Virus record (IMG/VR): IMGVR_UViG_3300032144_000013
Location: 1 to 53,944 of that record
Source of the DNA: a virus
Lineage: Duplodnaviria > Caudoviricetes
DNA: 53,944 bases
Reading direction: 5' to 3' (one strand)
Every line of letters starts with the position of its first letter. The stretch's first letter is position 1. The translations under genes were made by a program, and so were the position numbers. The notes under the pieces are model-generated. The model had not been told where the DNA came from. It did not search any database and worked only from the letters and a program-made list of their open reading frames with translations. This document shows, in pieces, positions 20,961-29,823 of this stretch.

Positions 20961-21632
20961 TCATCGGTACTCCAACGGTTCGCAGCTTCCACACCTCGGC
21001 GCTGTTGTAATTGCCAGCTCCGGATCCCAGCCCTTTCTCAGGCGAGCCCGAATCGTCGCCCGATTGACTCCGGTCTCCTCGGACCACTCCGTGAGACACT
21101 TCGTTGCCCCGAATGCTGTGATCCGAACGGTGTTCCTTCTGTTGACGCTCTGCTCTCCGATTGTCGCCCAGCGGCAATTGTTCGGCTCGTAGTTGCCGTT
21201 CACGTCGATGCGGTCAATTGAGTGCTGTAGAGACGGGCGTGGCCCCATGTCCTCGACAAAGTTCTCGAATGATTCGTCCCACCTTTGGCACACGGTTATT
21301 CCCCGTCCACCGTAGTAGCGGTACGCCTTGCTCTTTGGATCTCGGCACCGCTGGCGCATCGACCGCCACGGCCAATACGACGTCGATGATTCGCGCCTGT
21401 CCTCTTCCGCCTTTGTTCGCTTTCGGTTCCGATCTGCAAGTACCTCTCGCGCCAAGCAGCCGCAACTTTGGGTTTTTCCGTTTCGCAAGTGCGTCGCTAT
21501 GGACATTGCGACTTGACCGCAGTCGCAATCGCACTTCCAAACCACGGACCGTCGTTCTCGATTCTCAGTCGGACCGACGACCACGAGCCTGCCGAACCTC
21601 TGGCCGGTGATGTCCTTTGCGTTCTGGTGCAT
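20961..21632 (-). CDS. HNH-type homing endonuclease-like protein (YGGRGI family)
   Basis: GQRFGRL...WKCDCDCG...YYGGRGITVCQRW...SIDRIDVNGNYEPNNCRWAT. Confidence 0.85.
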   Translation of the reverse strand: MHQNAKDITGQRFGRLVVVGPTENRERRSVVWKCDCDCGQVAMSIATHLRNGKTQSCGCLAREVLADRNRKRTKAEEDRRESSTSYWPWRSMRQRCRDPKSKAYRYYGGRGITVCQRWDESFENFVEDMGPRPSLQHSIDRIDVNGNYEPNNCRWATIGEQSVNRRNTVRITAFGATKCLTEWSEETGVNRATIRARLRKGWDPELAITTAPRCGSCEPLEYR

Positions 21633-21634
21633 GT

Positions 21635-21928
21635 CTACGCCTCCGGTCCTTCGTAGTGCTCAGCATCTGCGATCTCCTCCCAGAACCCCACGGTCGGATA
21701 TCGCAGCGAGTCGTCTTCGTTGTAAGCCTTGAACTCCATCTTCGTGACCATGACGGAGCCGACCTTGTCCTCGGGGAACACATACGCGGCATACTTCATC
21801 GCCGCGTCTCGTGTCCTGAAGTACCGCTTGTGTCGCACAGCACCGTCGATGTCGTCGTCTCCGAATTCCGTCTTGGGAATCTCGCTGCACCACTCCACCT
21901 CCCACGCCACGTCTCCGACTGTTGCCAT
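21635..21928 (-). CDS. Hypothetical protein directly downstream of the promoter at 21975-22003
   Basis: GGAG RBS then MATVGDVAWEV. Confidence 0.6.
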   Translation of the reverse strand: MATVGDVAWEVEWCSEIPKTEFGDDDIDGAVRHKRYFRTRDAAMKYAAYVFPEDKVGSVMVTKMEFKAYNEDDSLRYPTVGFWEEIADAEHYEGPEA

Positions 21929-21974
21929 TGCTATCGCTCCGATTTGGGGATACTCTGTCGCACGCCGCTGGTAT

Positions 21975-22003
21975 AGTATACCAAATCGAAAGAGGATTTG
22001 CAA
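21975..22003 (-). promoter_or_regulatory. Sigma70-type promoter
   Basis: TTGCAA-17 nt-TATACT in an AT-rich gap. Confidence 0.7.
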
Positions 22004-22006
22004 CCG

Positions 22007-22210
22007 ATGAAAAAGTCAACCAAATCGAAACGCGGTGGATTCCGTCCAGGTTCGGGCCGCAAGCCGCTCAGTGATTCCGAAGGCTCCGTCACGTTCTGCG
22101 GCAAGGTTCCAGAGTCTCTGGCGAACTCCATTGACGGCGCTCGCGGCGACAAGTCTCGCGGCGACGTTCTCAGGGAAGCTCTCGCTCTGTGGCTTCGCAA
22201 ACACTTCTAG
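22007..22210 (+). CDS. Ribbon-helix-helix DNA-binding protein
   Basis: RGGFRPGSGRKP...VTFCGKVPESLANSID...SRGDVLREAL. Confidence 0.7.
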   Translation: MKKSTKSKRGGFRPGSGRKPLSDSEGSVTFCGKVPESLANSIDGARGDKSRGDVLREALALWLRKHF

Positions 22211-22506
22211 TCACCTCCAGTCGGCAGGCTCGACGCTGCCGCAGCGCGGACAGCACTCCGGAACATTCTCGCCCTCGCCTAAGTCGATCGGTGCGCCGCA
22301 GTCCGGACACCGCCACGCCTTCCGCTCATCCACTTCTCCGCTGCCTTCCAGGCCCGCGCCAACTCTCAGGCACTGGTTCCACCGGTAACTGCTCGAATGC
22401 CCGGTGTCCTGCTCGTGGCCGGTTCGATCGACTAGCGCCCACTCCGGCTTCGGCGCTGCTCTCGTCTGCCGCACGTCGCGGTACGTGGTTCGGGTGATGC
22501 GGCGGG

Positions 22507-22806
22507 TCATGGCGACACCTCTGTCAGCTTTCCGTAGATCGCAGCCAGTCCAATCCACCCGTTAATCCCACCGCGATTGTTTCCAATCAGGTATCGCCCA
22601 TTCTTCACCGACTTCACCAAGTGCAGGTAATGGCTTCCCTTCACTGAACAGAGAACAACGTCTCCGCTCTGGATCACCTTTGAAGGTTCCACTGTGCATA
22701 GTTGTCCGCTCTCAACACGACCAGTCATTGACGAACCTTGTGGACGAAACTGCACCGTGTACCCACGAGACAACTGGCTGATGTAATTGGACGCCCATCG
22801 ACTCAT
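22507..22806 (-). CDS. Stand-alone S24/S26 peptidase-like domain
   Basis: RPQGSSM (Ser), GDVVLC, YLHLV. Confidence 0.65.
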   Translation of the reverse strand: MSRWASNYISQLSRGYTVQFRPQGSSMTGRVESGQLCTVEPSKVIQSGDVVLCSVKGSHYLHLVKSVKNGRYLIGNNRGGINGWIGLAAIYGKLTEVSP

Positions 22807-23459
22807 TCCGCCTCCCCCTTCCACGTGAACTGTCCCGTCTCCGGGTGGTAGTACGCCGCGCGCCTCGTCGATAGTCGTTACTCGCATGGCTCACCCCCGT
22901 GTGCATGGTTCCTAGACTGCAACACGAATCGATTGATTCGGTCCTCCAGGTTCGCTGTGATCCGCTCGCTTCTCGCGGCAACATTCGACACTTCGCACAG
23001 CAACTCAACGGCTTGGATGTACTTTTCGTGACCACACGGATGGCACATCAACGTTCCAAGAGTACGTGCCGAGAAAATCAGCGGACCGTTCCCACACTCG
23101 ATGCAGTTCATGCTTGTCACCTCGCCATCCCGTTGAACACACCCGTTGCAAATCGACGCAGATCGCTCAACCCCGAAACTGAGCCGTCGAAATCTGAATC
23201 GTCACCGAATGGCAAACGTCCCTCGCGTGCGTGTTCAGTCGCATCGCGTCCTCCCACACCAGGCCGAGCACCGTCGCCCACTTTTCGCACTCACGCGGCA
23301 CGCAAATTTCATCAGCCAGCGTCGCCATCAACGCCGTTCGAATCGACTCCCGCGCCTTCGCCGCAATCGGGTTCCGCGTCCGCTCCAGCAATGTCACGAA
23401 CATCTCCCAGTCGTGACGCTCCAGGGTCAGGTTGCAGGTGCGTTCTGCTGTTGCTGGCA

Positions 23460-24407
23460 TTACGTCGCTCCGTTGTTGCGGCTGCGAATTCGGAACCGGG
23501 CGATATGCTCGATGCACGAGCTTGACCTGCGTCCCTGTTCCCGCCAGTTTGTTTGCAAGCCCAGCTTCCCCTTGAAAGCCGCCGCCGCCAGCCCATCAAG
23601 CTCGTCGTCACCAAGCGCCCGCACTGCGTCGCACTCAGCCCAGATGTCGTCGCTCCGCGCCACCGGCCGCGTCCGCTTCGGCCAGCCTTCGTCTGCCGGC
23701 TGACCGGGAACCATCGCGTCCAGCTTCATGCCGAGAGCACCAGGGCCATCGAACTCTTCCCGATGCGACCGCCAGTAATCCAGTGCCGCCTCGACCTGTT
23801 CGATTGGAACCCCGCTGTCCCGACAGCGCTCGACTTTGACCCGAGCCGTTGCTAGTCCCATCTTCGAAGCCGCCGCCGCCGCCATAGTCCATGCGTTCGA
23901 CTCCGCGTGCTCGCCGCGTGCGGTGGTGGTGGTGGTGGTGGGGCTTGGCGTGGCTTGACATGACGTGGTGGGGATAGTGCCGTCACTAGTCACGGTGTAA
24001 GTCGCCTCACTAGTCGTCTCTCCAGTGGCGACATAAGTCGGGTCACTAGTCGGGGTGTAAGTCGGGTCACTAGTCTCGGATGCGAATTTCAATCCCGACC
24101 TTTTGAGTTTGCTTCGAACCCAGTTCGGACAATGCTGGTGCCAGTCGTGGACAACTAGGCGATGCGTTTCGTGGGAATCGAGCCACCCGGATACAACCAA
24201 TGCACTAACGAACTCTGATGCGTCTCCCTCCCAGTCGCACCACTTCGCGATCACCCCGTCCGAAAACTTCCCTACATTGCCGCTGATGGCAAACTCAGAG
24301 ACCCCGTCCCATAGAAGCTCCAGATAGCCGATGGCCGTCGGACGCGAGCAATTAAGTCGCGTGCGCAGTTCATCCAGCTTCGGATGTCTCTTTGCCCCCA
24401 TCTTCAT
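23460..24407 (-). CDS. Phage replication initiator-like protein
   Basis: N-terminal HPKL...GYLELLW...GWLD...HDWHQH domain followed by iteron-encoded Thr-rich repeats. Confidence 0.75.
   Translation of the reverse strand: MKMGAKRHPKLDELRTRLNCSRPTAIGYLELLWDGVSEFAISGNVGKFSDGVIAKWCDWEGDASEFVSALVVSGWLDSHETHRLVVHDWHQHCPNWVRSKLKRSGLKFASETSDPTYTPTSDPTYVATGETTSEATYTVTSDGTIPTTSCQATPSPTTTTTTARGEHAESNAWTMAAAAASKMGLATARVKVERCRDSGVPIEQVEAALDYWRSHREEFDGPGALGMKLDAMVPGQPADEGWPKRTRPVARSDDIWAECDAVRALGDDELDGLAAAAFKGKLGLQTNWREQGRRSSSCIEHIARFRIRSRNNGAT
23975..24075. repeat. Four iteron-like direct repeats (core TCACTAGTC), putative replication origin
   Basis: Core at 23983, 24007, 24043 and 24067; extended unit TAAGTCGGGTCACTAGTC. 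Confidence 0.75.
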
Positions 24408-25282
24408 CAGACGCTGAATCCCTGTTCGCTGCTCATGCCCAGGTTCCGCTGGCACATCTCCAGCGCCGGCCGGTCCCACGATGCCGGGTCGCGCAACTTG
24501 TCGTCGGGGATGTCCGTCCACTGACGCAGCATCCCGCGAAACTGCTCTTTGCTTCCCTCGGGGTTCTGCACCGTCCAGAACTTCCACATGGCTTGGATCT
24601 CATCCAGAGTCACCGGCGCTCGCTGTGGCTTACGCTGCGGCTCCGGGTCGGGCATTGCGCCGTCGGCGTCCTCGTCTCCAGTCGTGATGCCGAGCACGGA
24701 CAGCAGGGCGTACCTCCGGCCGTAGCTATTGCGGACGCCCTCGCACTGGATGTTGTTGATGTTTGCCGACTGATACTGCGGCAGAGTCACGCTGGCCGAC
24801 CGGCTGTGCCCATCAACGTGATGCAGGTTGCAGCGGAATGCGCCGGACCCGTCGGTGTCGAACGTGAACGAGAAACCGTTGGCTTTCAGGTGCGGCTTGA
24901 CCACCGCGACAATGTGATTCAGATCCGCGAAGTCGTAGCCCCACACGCCGCCGGTCTTCGATTTGATTTCCGCCGTGCGGTTCTTCGAAACGGGCGGGCA
25001 CGCCGCCTGAAAGTCCTGAAACGCGCGGTTGAACGCCATCTCTGCGTTCTTCTCCATCACCCGCAGTTGCAGGTTGACCAGCTTCTCCATCGTGTCGGCG
25101 TCAACGCCGCGCTCGACGGCCAGGCTGATGACGGAGCCGATGTCAGAACTCTGCGTACTCCGGCTGGGAAGGCTCGGTTGAACCTTCGCCGGCAGTTGCG
25201 TCTCCGCAACCAATTCCGATTCGCATGCACTGGTCGATGTACCAGAGCGGGAGTCCACCTGGTCGAATAAAGCGGCTGTCAT
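24407..25282 (-). CDS. erf: ERF-family single-strand annealing protein
   Basis: AFNRAFQDFQAACPPVSKN...YDFADL...LHHVDGH...SYGRRYALLSVLGITTGDEDADG; start uncertain because it overlaps the exonuclease. Confidence 0.82.
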   Translation of the reverse strand: MTAALFDQVDSRSGTSTSACESELVAETQLPAKVQPSLPSRSTQSSDIGSVISLAVERGVDADTMEKLVNLQLRVMEKNAEMAFNRAFQDFQAACPPVSKNRTAEIKSKTGGVWGYDFADLNHIVAVVKPHLKANGFSFTFDTDGSGAFRCNLHHVDGHSRSASVTLPQYQSANINNIQCEGVRNSYGRRYALLSVLGITTGDEDADGAMPDPEPQRKPQRAPVTLDEIQAMWKFWTVQNPEGSKEQFRGMLRQWTDIPDDKLRDPASWDRPALEMCQRNLGMSSEQGFSV

Positions 25283-26150
25283 AGACGTACCCTCGATAGT
25301 CTTCGCGTTGTTGAGCGGCAGCGAACCGCCCGATGATGTCGTTGTTCTCATGCCTCCCGATGGCGAGCGTCTGCTTGCTGACCGGGACAATGTTCACGTC
25401 GTACGGCGGGCCGTCCTCAACAACGACCCAGACCCCTTCTGCAGTCACGCCCTCAAGTGCCTCGATGGCTTCGATGTTGCCAGCCATCTGCCTGTGATAT
25501 CCAAATCTGTGAACGGACTTCTCGAACTCCTCTCTCGCCCCCTTTCCTGGCAGGCACTTTTTCACGTCGAGCACTCGCGGGCGCGGTGACTTTGAGAACC
25601 GGTCAATCCGGCACTTCCGCAACACGCCATGACGCGACTCCCAGATGCAGGACAGTTCCGTCCAGCACTCGCCGCGAAACAGCCGCATGCAGTCGTGATT
25701 CTTCAGCGCCTCCGCACATGCTTCCGCCTGCTCCGCTTCGGATTCGTCGATGTAGTCGCGCGGCTCATTGCAGTCCTCCGACTTGTGCGTCCCGCAGAAC
25801 CAGTTCGCACCGTCGTAGAATCTTCCGGACGCAGCACAACGCTTGCCTTTGTTCGGGCCGCTCGACAGCAACCGCGAGCACTTCGTCGCGACCAGGAACT
25901 CCGCCGCGTACCGCTCCGGCTCAAGCAGCCGGCAGTGAATCGCCCGACCCAGCTTCATGTCGTCGGTGTCTTTGCGGACGAACTCGCCGTCGAGCGCCGC
26001 CCGCATGTGCTTCATGCTGATGAGCCCGGCGCTGACAACTCCGGAGTTGATGGCACGCACTGCGGCGTACTGCTCAAAGCTCCAGTCGCTGTAGGTGCCA
26101 GGGACAATCTCAGCGTCCGGCACTTCAGGCATGAGTGTTGTTCCGTCCAT
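25143..26150 (-). CDS. PD-(D/E)XK exonuclease (RecE/DUF3799-like)
   Basis: GRAIHCRLLEP...ELS...KCRIDR...DVKK...GYHRQMA. Confidence 0.82.
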   Translation of the reverse strand: MDGTTLMPEVPDAEIVPGTYSDWSFEQYAAVRAINSGVVSAGLISMKHMRAALDGEFVRKDTDDMKLGRAIHCRLLEPERYAAEFLVATKCSRLLSSGPNKGKRCAASGRFYDGANWFCGTHKSEDCNEPRDYIDESEAEQAEACAEALKNHDCMRLFRGECWTELSCIWESRHGVLRKCRIDRFSKSPRPRVLDVKKCLPGKGAREEFEKSVHRFGYHRQMAGNIEAIEALEGVTAEGVWVVVEDGPPYDVNIVPVSKQTLAIGRHENNDIIGRFAAAQQREDYRGYVYDSRFIRPGGLPLWYIDQCMRIGIGCGDATAGEGSTEPSQPEYAEF

Positions 26151-26252
26151 CGGTTCTCCAGGTATCCACACGTCCGCTCGTACTCTTCCTGCATCGCAAT
26201 GAACCGCCCGCAGTCGCCGCACACGTGGGCCTTGCGGGCGCGAACGACCGAG

Positions 26253-26528
26253 CTACGCATCCCATTCCTCCAACGGCACCAGCACGTAGGTTTTGCCGCC
26301 CGAGTTCACCTTCAGACCGTCCAGGTCCGTCAGGCGTATGTTGCGGCTCTTGGTGTCTCCGCGTTCAATCAGCCCCTTTGACTCCAGTGCGTTCAGATGG
26401 CAGACAACTCCATTCGGACAACTGACATCGATCAGCGGCATCAACTCGCGGACGGTCGGGCCGACCACCGCCAGGTTCTCGGTGATTGCCGCGAGTACTT
26501 CACTTTGCCGCTGCGTGAGCTGGCTCAC
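26253..26528 (-). CDS. LexA-like N-terminal DNA-binding domain only
   Basis: LTQRQSEVL...GPTVREL...SCPNGVVCHLNALESKGLIER...SRNIRL; no peptidase domain. Confidence 0.8.
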   Translation of the reverse strand: MSQLTQRQSEVLAAITENLAVVGPTVRELMPLIDVSCPNGVVCHLNALESKGLIERGDTKSRNIRLTDLDGLKVNSGGKTYVLVPLEEWDA

Positions 26529-26836
26529 TGGATTTCTCCGTGTAGTTGCCGTCCCCGTCGATGCGCCCGAGCACGGCGTCCAAGTGCTCGCGAATCGCCG
26601 ACACGTCCCCGTCGTGCGTCTGACGGTCGAGCGCACACAGCAGGTCGGCGCACGACTTCAGCTTGCCGACGTCCGACTTCGTGAACCGAATCCGCACTCC
26701 CGCACCCTGCACAAGAATGTTCATGCCGCACCCTTTCAATTGAGCTTGATTCCACGAAACATCGCCAGACACCCCACAGCGACGACGGCAAACGCCAGGC
26801 TCGCGAAGAGCAGGTTTTCGATCACGTGCGCGAGCA

Positions 26837-27250
26837 TTAGTTGCTTTCCCGTTCTTCGACGTGGCACGTCTGAATCGCCACCAGTCGACCCGTGTGAACG
26901 TGCCTGCCACACAGCTTCTCTGTCGTCGGCTCACCCTGGTTGACGGCATTGCGTTCGCACGATTCGCACAGCAGCCGCCCCGCTGGCGGGTCGTCGGTCA
27001 TCACGTTCGTATCGCGGTCCGGGAAACCAGAGTTGCCGCACCACAGGTCCGCCGACCGATGCTGCTTGTTGCCGTTGCCGTCGTGGTGCTGGTGAATCGA
27101 GCGCACGCGGTGAATCAGGTATCTCTTGACCATGAACGGCAGGCCGAACTCGATGTCGCCGACGCTTTCGATGGGACGGCCGTTCAGATACTTCGCCGGA
27201 CGGATGCGAAGTCGAATCTCTCCGCGCTTTCGTCGCTGTTTCGTGGTCAT
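26837..27250 (-). CDS. Hypothetical Zn-binding protein
   Basis: IHRVR...WCGN...LCESC. Confidence 0.5.
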   Translation of the reverse strand: MTTKQRRKRGEIRLRIRPAKYLNGRPIESVGDIEFGLPFMVKRYLIHRVRSIHQHHDGNGNKQHRSADLWCGNSGFPDRDTNVMTDDPPAGRLLCESCERNAVNQGEPTTEKLCGRHVHTGRLVAIQTCHVEERESN

Positions 27251-27380
27251 GCTTTTGAGCCTCTAAGCACACTCGGAACACTCCGCCGCAGGACGATCCG
27301 ACGGCGACATCTCAGACGCACCAGGCACCAGCATGCGTAGCCGATGAACGCGAGCATGACGGCCGACGCGATGATGTGGG

Positions 27381-28127
27381 TCATGGCGTCACCTCGCGCC
27401 ACTGCTCCTCCGTCCCGCGCGTGAACTTCTGCTCGATCCTTCGTGGCTTCGGCAGGTCCACGAAGCCGCACCATGTCTTTGTCCAAGTTGTGCCGTCAGA
27501 AGCGACGATGGTCTCTCGGTGCATGTCCGTCGCGACCCACGGCTCCTCCAGCGGGCCGATGTATCGCACGAGGTCTTCTGTGCACGGCCCGCTGGTTGGG
27601 TACCAACCGTCTTCTTTCCACGTTCGACCAGAGCCGTGGACGGTCCCGTTCCACCAGTCGCGAGTTCCAGCGAGACGCGAGTTGACAGTCGCCCGCCTCC
27701 CATCCCGCGTCTCGTACACGCCCGGCCCGTGCTCGCTGATGGAGAACGGCTTGGGAATCGGGCTGGCGATGTAGAAAGGCTCCTCACGCGGGTACTTGGC
27801 GTCGAATTCAACGGCGGTCAAACCAACGTGCTCCGGTGCATCAAAGCAAAGCCACCCGCCTCGATTTCCGATGATCTTGTCCTCCCTGCGGTACTTATGG
27901 GTCTCTCTGTCGGCCAACTGAAAGCCTTCCGGTGGAGTCGGCGGGTCGGGAGGCTTTGGACCCTTGATGTCCGCGTAGTACGGCGAATAGCCGTCCTCAC
28001 ACTCCCACACACCTCCTGCGCCATCCGAGTAGAACCCGAACGCCCACCCGCCTTCGATGTGAACGACTCGGCACGGAAGGCCGTTCGTGTCCACGTACTC
28101 ACCGAGGCTCGGAATTATGTTGCTCAT
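27381..28127 (-). CDS. Hypothetical protein
   Basis: 248 aa, ATGA-coupled to csrA; PGVYETRDGRRA motif. Confidence 0.6.
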   Translation of the reverse strand: MSNIIPSLGEYVDTNGLPCRVVHIEGGWAFGFYSDGAGGVWECEDGYSPYYADIKGPKPPDPPTPPEGFQLADRETHKYRREDKIIGNRGGWLCFDAPEHVGLTAVEFDAKYPREEPFYIASPIPKPFSISEHGPGVYETRDGRRATVNSRLAGTRDWWNGTVHGSGRTWKEDGWYPTSGPCTEDLVRYIGPLEEPWVATDMHRETIVASDGTTWTKTWCGFVDLPKPRRIEQKFTRGTEEQWREVTP

Positions 28128-28321
28128 GCTCGCGCCTCCCCTCCCAAATCGAATTCGTCCGGCTCGTCGTCACGCGGAATCAACTCGCTCCGCACGATGT
28201 TCACGCTGCGGTCGGCTTCCACGCCGACACGCACGTATCCGTCCTTCGATTTCAGAATCGTGAACCGCGCCGGTCCATCGACTTCGATTGACGTTCCCAC
28301 TGTGCGTCCAAGACAAAGCAT
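28124..28321 (-). CDS. csrA: CsrA/RsmA-family RNA-binding regulator
   Basis: MLCLGRTVGTSIEVDGPARFTILKSKDGYVRVGVEADRSVNIVRSEL matches the CsrA pattern (ML.L.R..GE.I...VR.G..AP..V.I.R.E), with the Arg44-equivalent retained; GGAGG RBS. Confidence 0.85.
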   Translation of the reverse strand: MLCLGRTVGTSIEVDGPARFTILKSKDGYVRVGVEADRSVNIVRSELIPRDDEPDEFDLGGEARA

Positions 28322-28337
28322 CGTTTCCTCCCTGGTT

Positions 28338-28392
28338 AAAAAACCCGGCGCTACGGACATCCGTTTCTGTGCGTCCATGTTGCCGCGCCGGG
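28338..28392 (-). terminator. Terminator/attenuator hairpin in the csrA leader containing two ANGGA motifs
   Basis: CCCGGCGC...AUGGA...ACGGA...GCGCCGGG followed by UUUUUU. Confidence 0.65.
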
Positions 28393-28403
28393 CTGCTCCT
28401 ACG

Positions 28404-28607
28404 TCAGCCGACAATCGTTGCTTCCTGAATGCACACCCTCAGTTCACCGCGAGACGCCCCGTAGTTGCGGGACACGTGGTACACCTTGCCATCAACTCGC
28501 GCAGTGACGCTGCCCTGCATCCTCAGCATCAATCGCTCCTCCACGTCCATTAGCTGCGCCCGGAGTGCGACGTGCTTGCCGACCAGATCCAAAAATTCCG
28601 TGTCCAT
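28404..28607 (-). CDS. Hypothetical protein
   Basis: GGGGAG RBS, MDTEFLDLVGKH. Confidence 0.55.
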   Translation of the reverse strand: MDTEFLDLVGKHVALRAQLMDVEERLMLRMQGSVTARVDGKVYHVSRNYGASRGELRVCIQEATIVG

Positions 28608-29112
28608 TCGTATCTCCCCTGTGACAGTCCGCCCGACGCCCTTTTCTTTGAACGCATCCCACCCTGCGGCGCGCCGGTCGAATTCGCTCGACTCCTCGTG
28701 CCCATATGCGTCCGTGTTGCCGCGCATGTTGCGAACTCCGATGTTCAGAAACGCGATGGATGCCGATTCGAGCGGTGTCACTTCTTGTTGCTTCCCGGAC
28801 AACGGTAGCCTCCGCTCTGGTAGCGCTGCCGAACCTTCGCGTCTGTGATTCCTGAGTTCATCATCGTTGCCCACGACGCAACTCGGATTCGTCGGCGCTT
28901 GTCGGATTTCTTGGCGTCCAAGTGCATCATCCCGTCCCCCTCGTTGTTGAAACCGGCCGCCGTCTCCCCACCTTGACGCGCTACTGACAACCCGTGCACG
29001 AGTCGCAGTTGTCGCCTTCGTGGAACGTCAGCCGGGGTTGTTGTTCCAAAGTGCCCGGTTAGCCAGTGCCGAGTACCGGGCGTCCTCGGTCTACGTCTCT
29101 CAACGCTGGCAG

Positions 29113-29184
29113 TGCCCACGGCAGGATTCGAACCTGCAATCTCCGGCGTTCCTTCCGGTGGCTATGCCATTTGCCTACGTGGGT
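29113..29184 (-). ncRNA. tRNA-like RNA with an aberrant anticodon arm (pseudo-tRNA)
   Basis: ACCCACG/CGTGGGC acceptor, GGC/GCC D-stem with TGG, perfect T-arm GCAGG-TTCGAAT-CCTGC; anticodon arm CCGG-AAGGAACG-CCGG has no U33 and no assignable anticodon. Confidence 0.75.
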
Positions 29185-29216
29185 TCCAAAAGCCTCCCTG
29201 CACGGCTCCGCCGCTC

Positions 29217-29537
29217 CTACGCTCGTTCCGTCACGCCTGTCGCTTCGTCTTTCGCGCGACGCTCCAGCAGTCCCGCGTACCACAGCTTGCCGACGACAAA
29301 GAGCGCTCGTGTCGCCAACTCCTGTTCGAGACACGCCACCCTGCACTCGTCCAGCGAGCCGCCAGACATATCCAGCGCGTTGACCTCGCGATTGGCGGTC
29401 TCCAATCTCTTGAACTCGACAGTCTGTATGGCGTACTCCCTCCAGTCGTTAATCTCCTCGACGGTGATCCGGCAGGCAAAACCGCCGATCAACTCGCGTG
29501 CGATCCGACCTTTCAAGGCATCGTCCCAATCGCTCAT
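29217..29537 (-). CDS. Hypothetical protein
   Basis: AAGGAG RBS, MSDWDDALKG. Confidence 0.6.
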   Translation of the reverse strand: MSDWDDALKGRIARELIGGFACRITVEEINDWREYAIQTVEFKRLETANREVNALDMSGGSLDECRVACLEQELATRALFVVGKLWYAGLLERRAKDEATGVTERA

Positions 29538-29823
29538 CACTCGCTCCTTGTGCTTGTCCCCTAACGCAATCTCAAATCCGCGACGGGCGAGCAGTCCGGC
29601 CAATCAGACCGCTCTAGCCCGACGCGGACGTAGGCGCGCGCACCGCGACCGAATCCGTGACCACGGGTGAATCCATGCAGCGCAATGCAAGTCCGTGCGT
29701 GCATCGTTTCGTCCGTGGAAGTCAGCAGCAGCCGACGCGGGAGAAGTCCCGAGAAGGCGCAGTCCGTCACGCAATGAAGTCCGTCGCAGCGCCGCAAAAC
29801 CGTGCGGTGCTCAGTCAGTCCGT
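29538..29823 (-). ncRNA. Putative CsrB/RsmZ-like RNA or leader with an ANGGA array
   Basis: Seven ANGGA motifs at 29654, 29672, 29692, 29712, 29763, 29780 and 29819 plus further GGA, in an intergenic gap. Confidence 0.65.

Noticed and set aside
29654-29823. Mini-CRISPR array
   Set aside because: The repeated unit is only 5-7 nt with irregular spacing and there are no cas genes; it fits CsrA sites better
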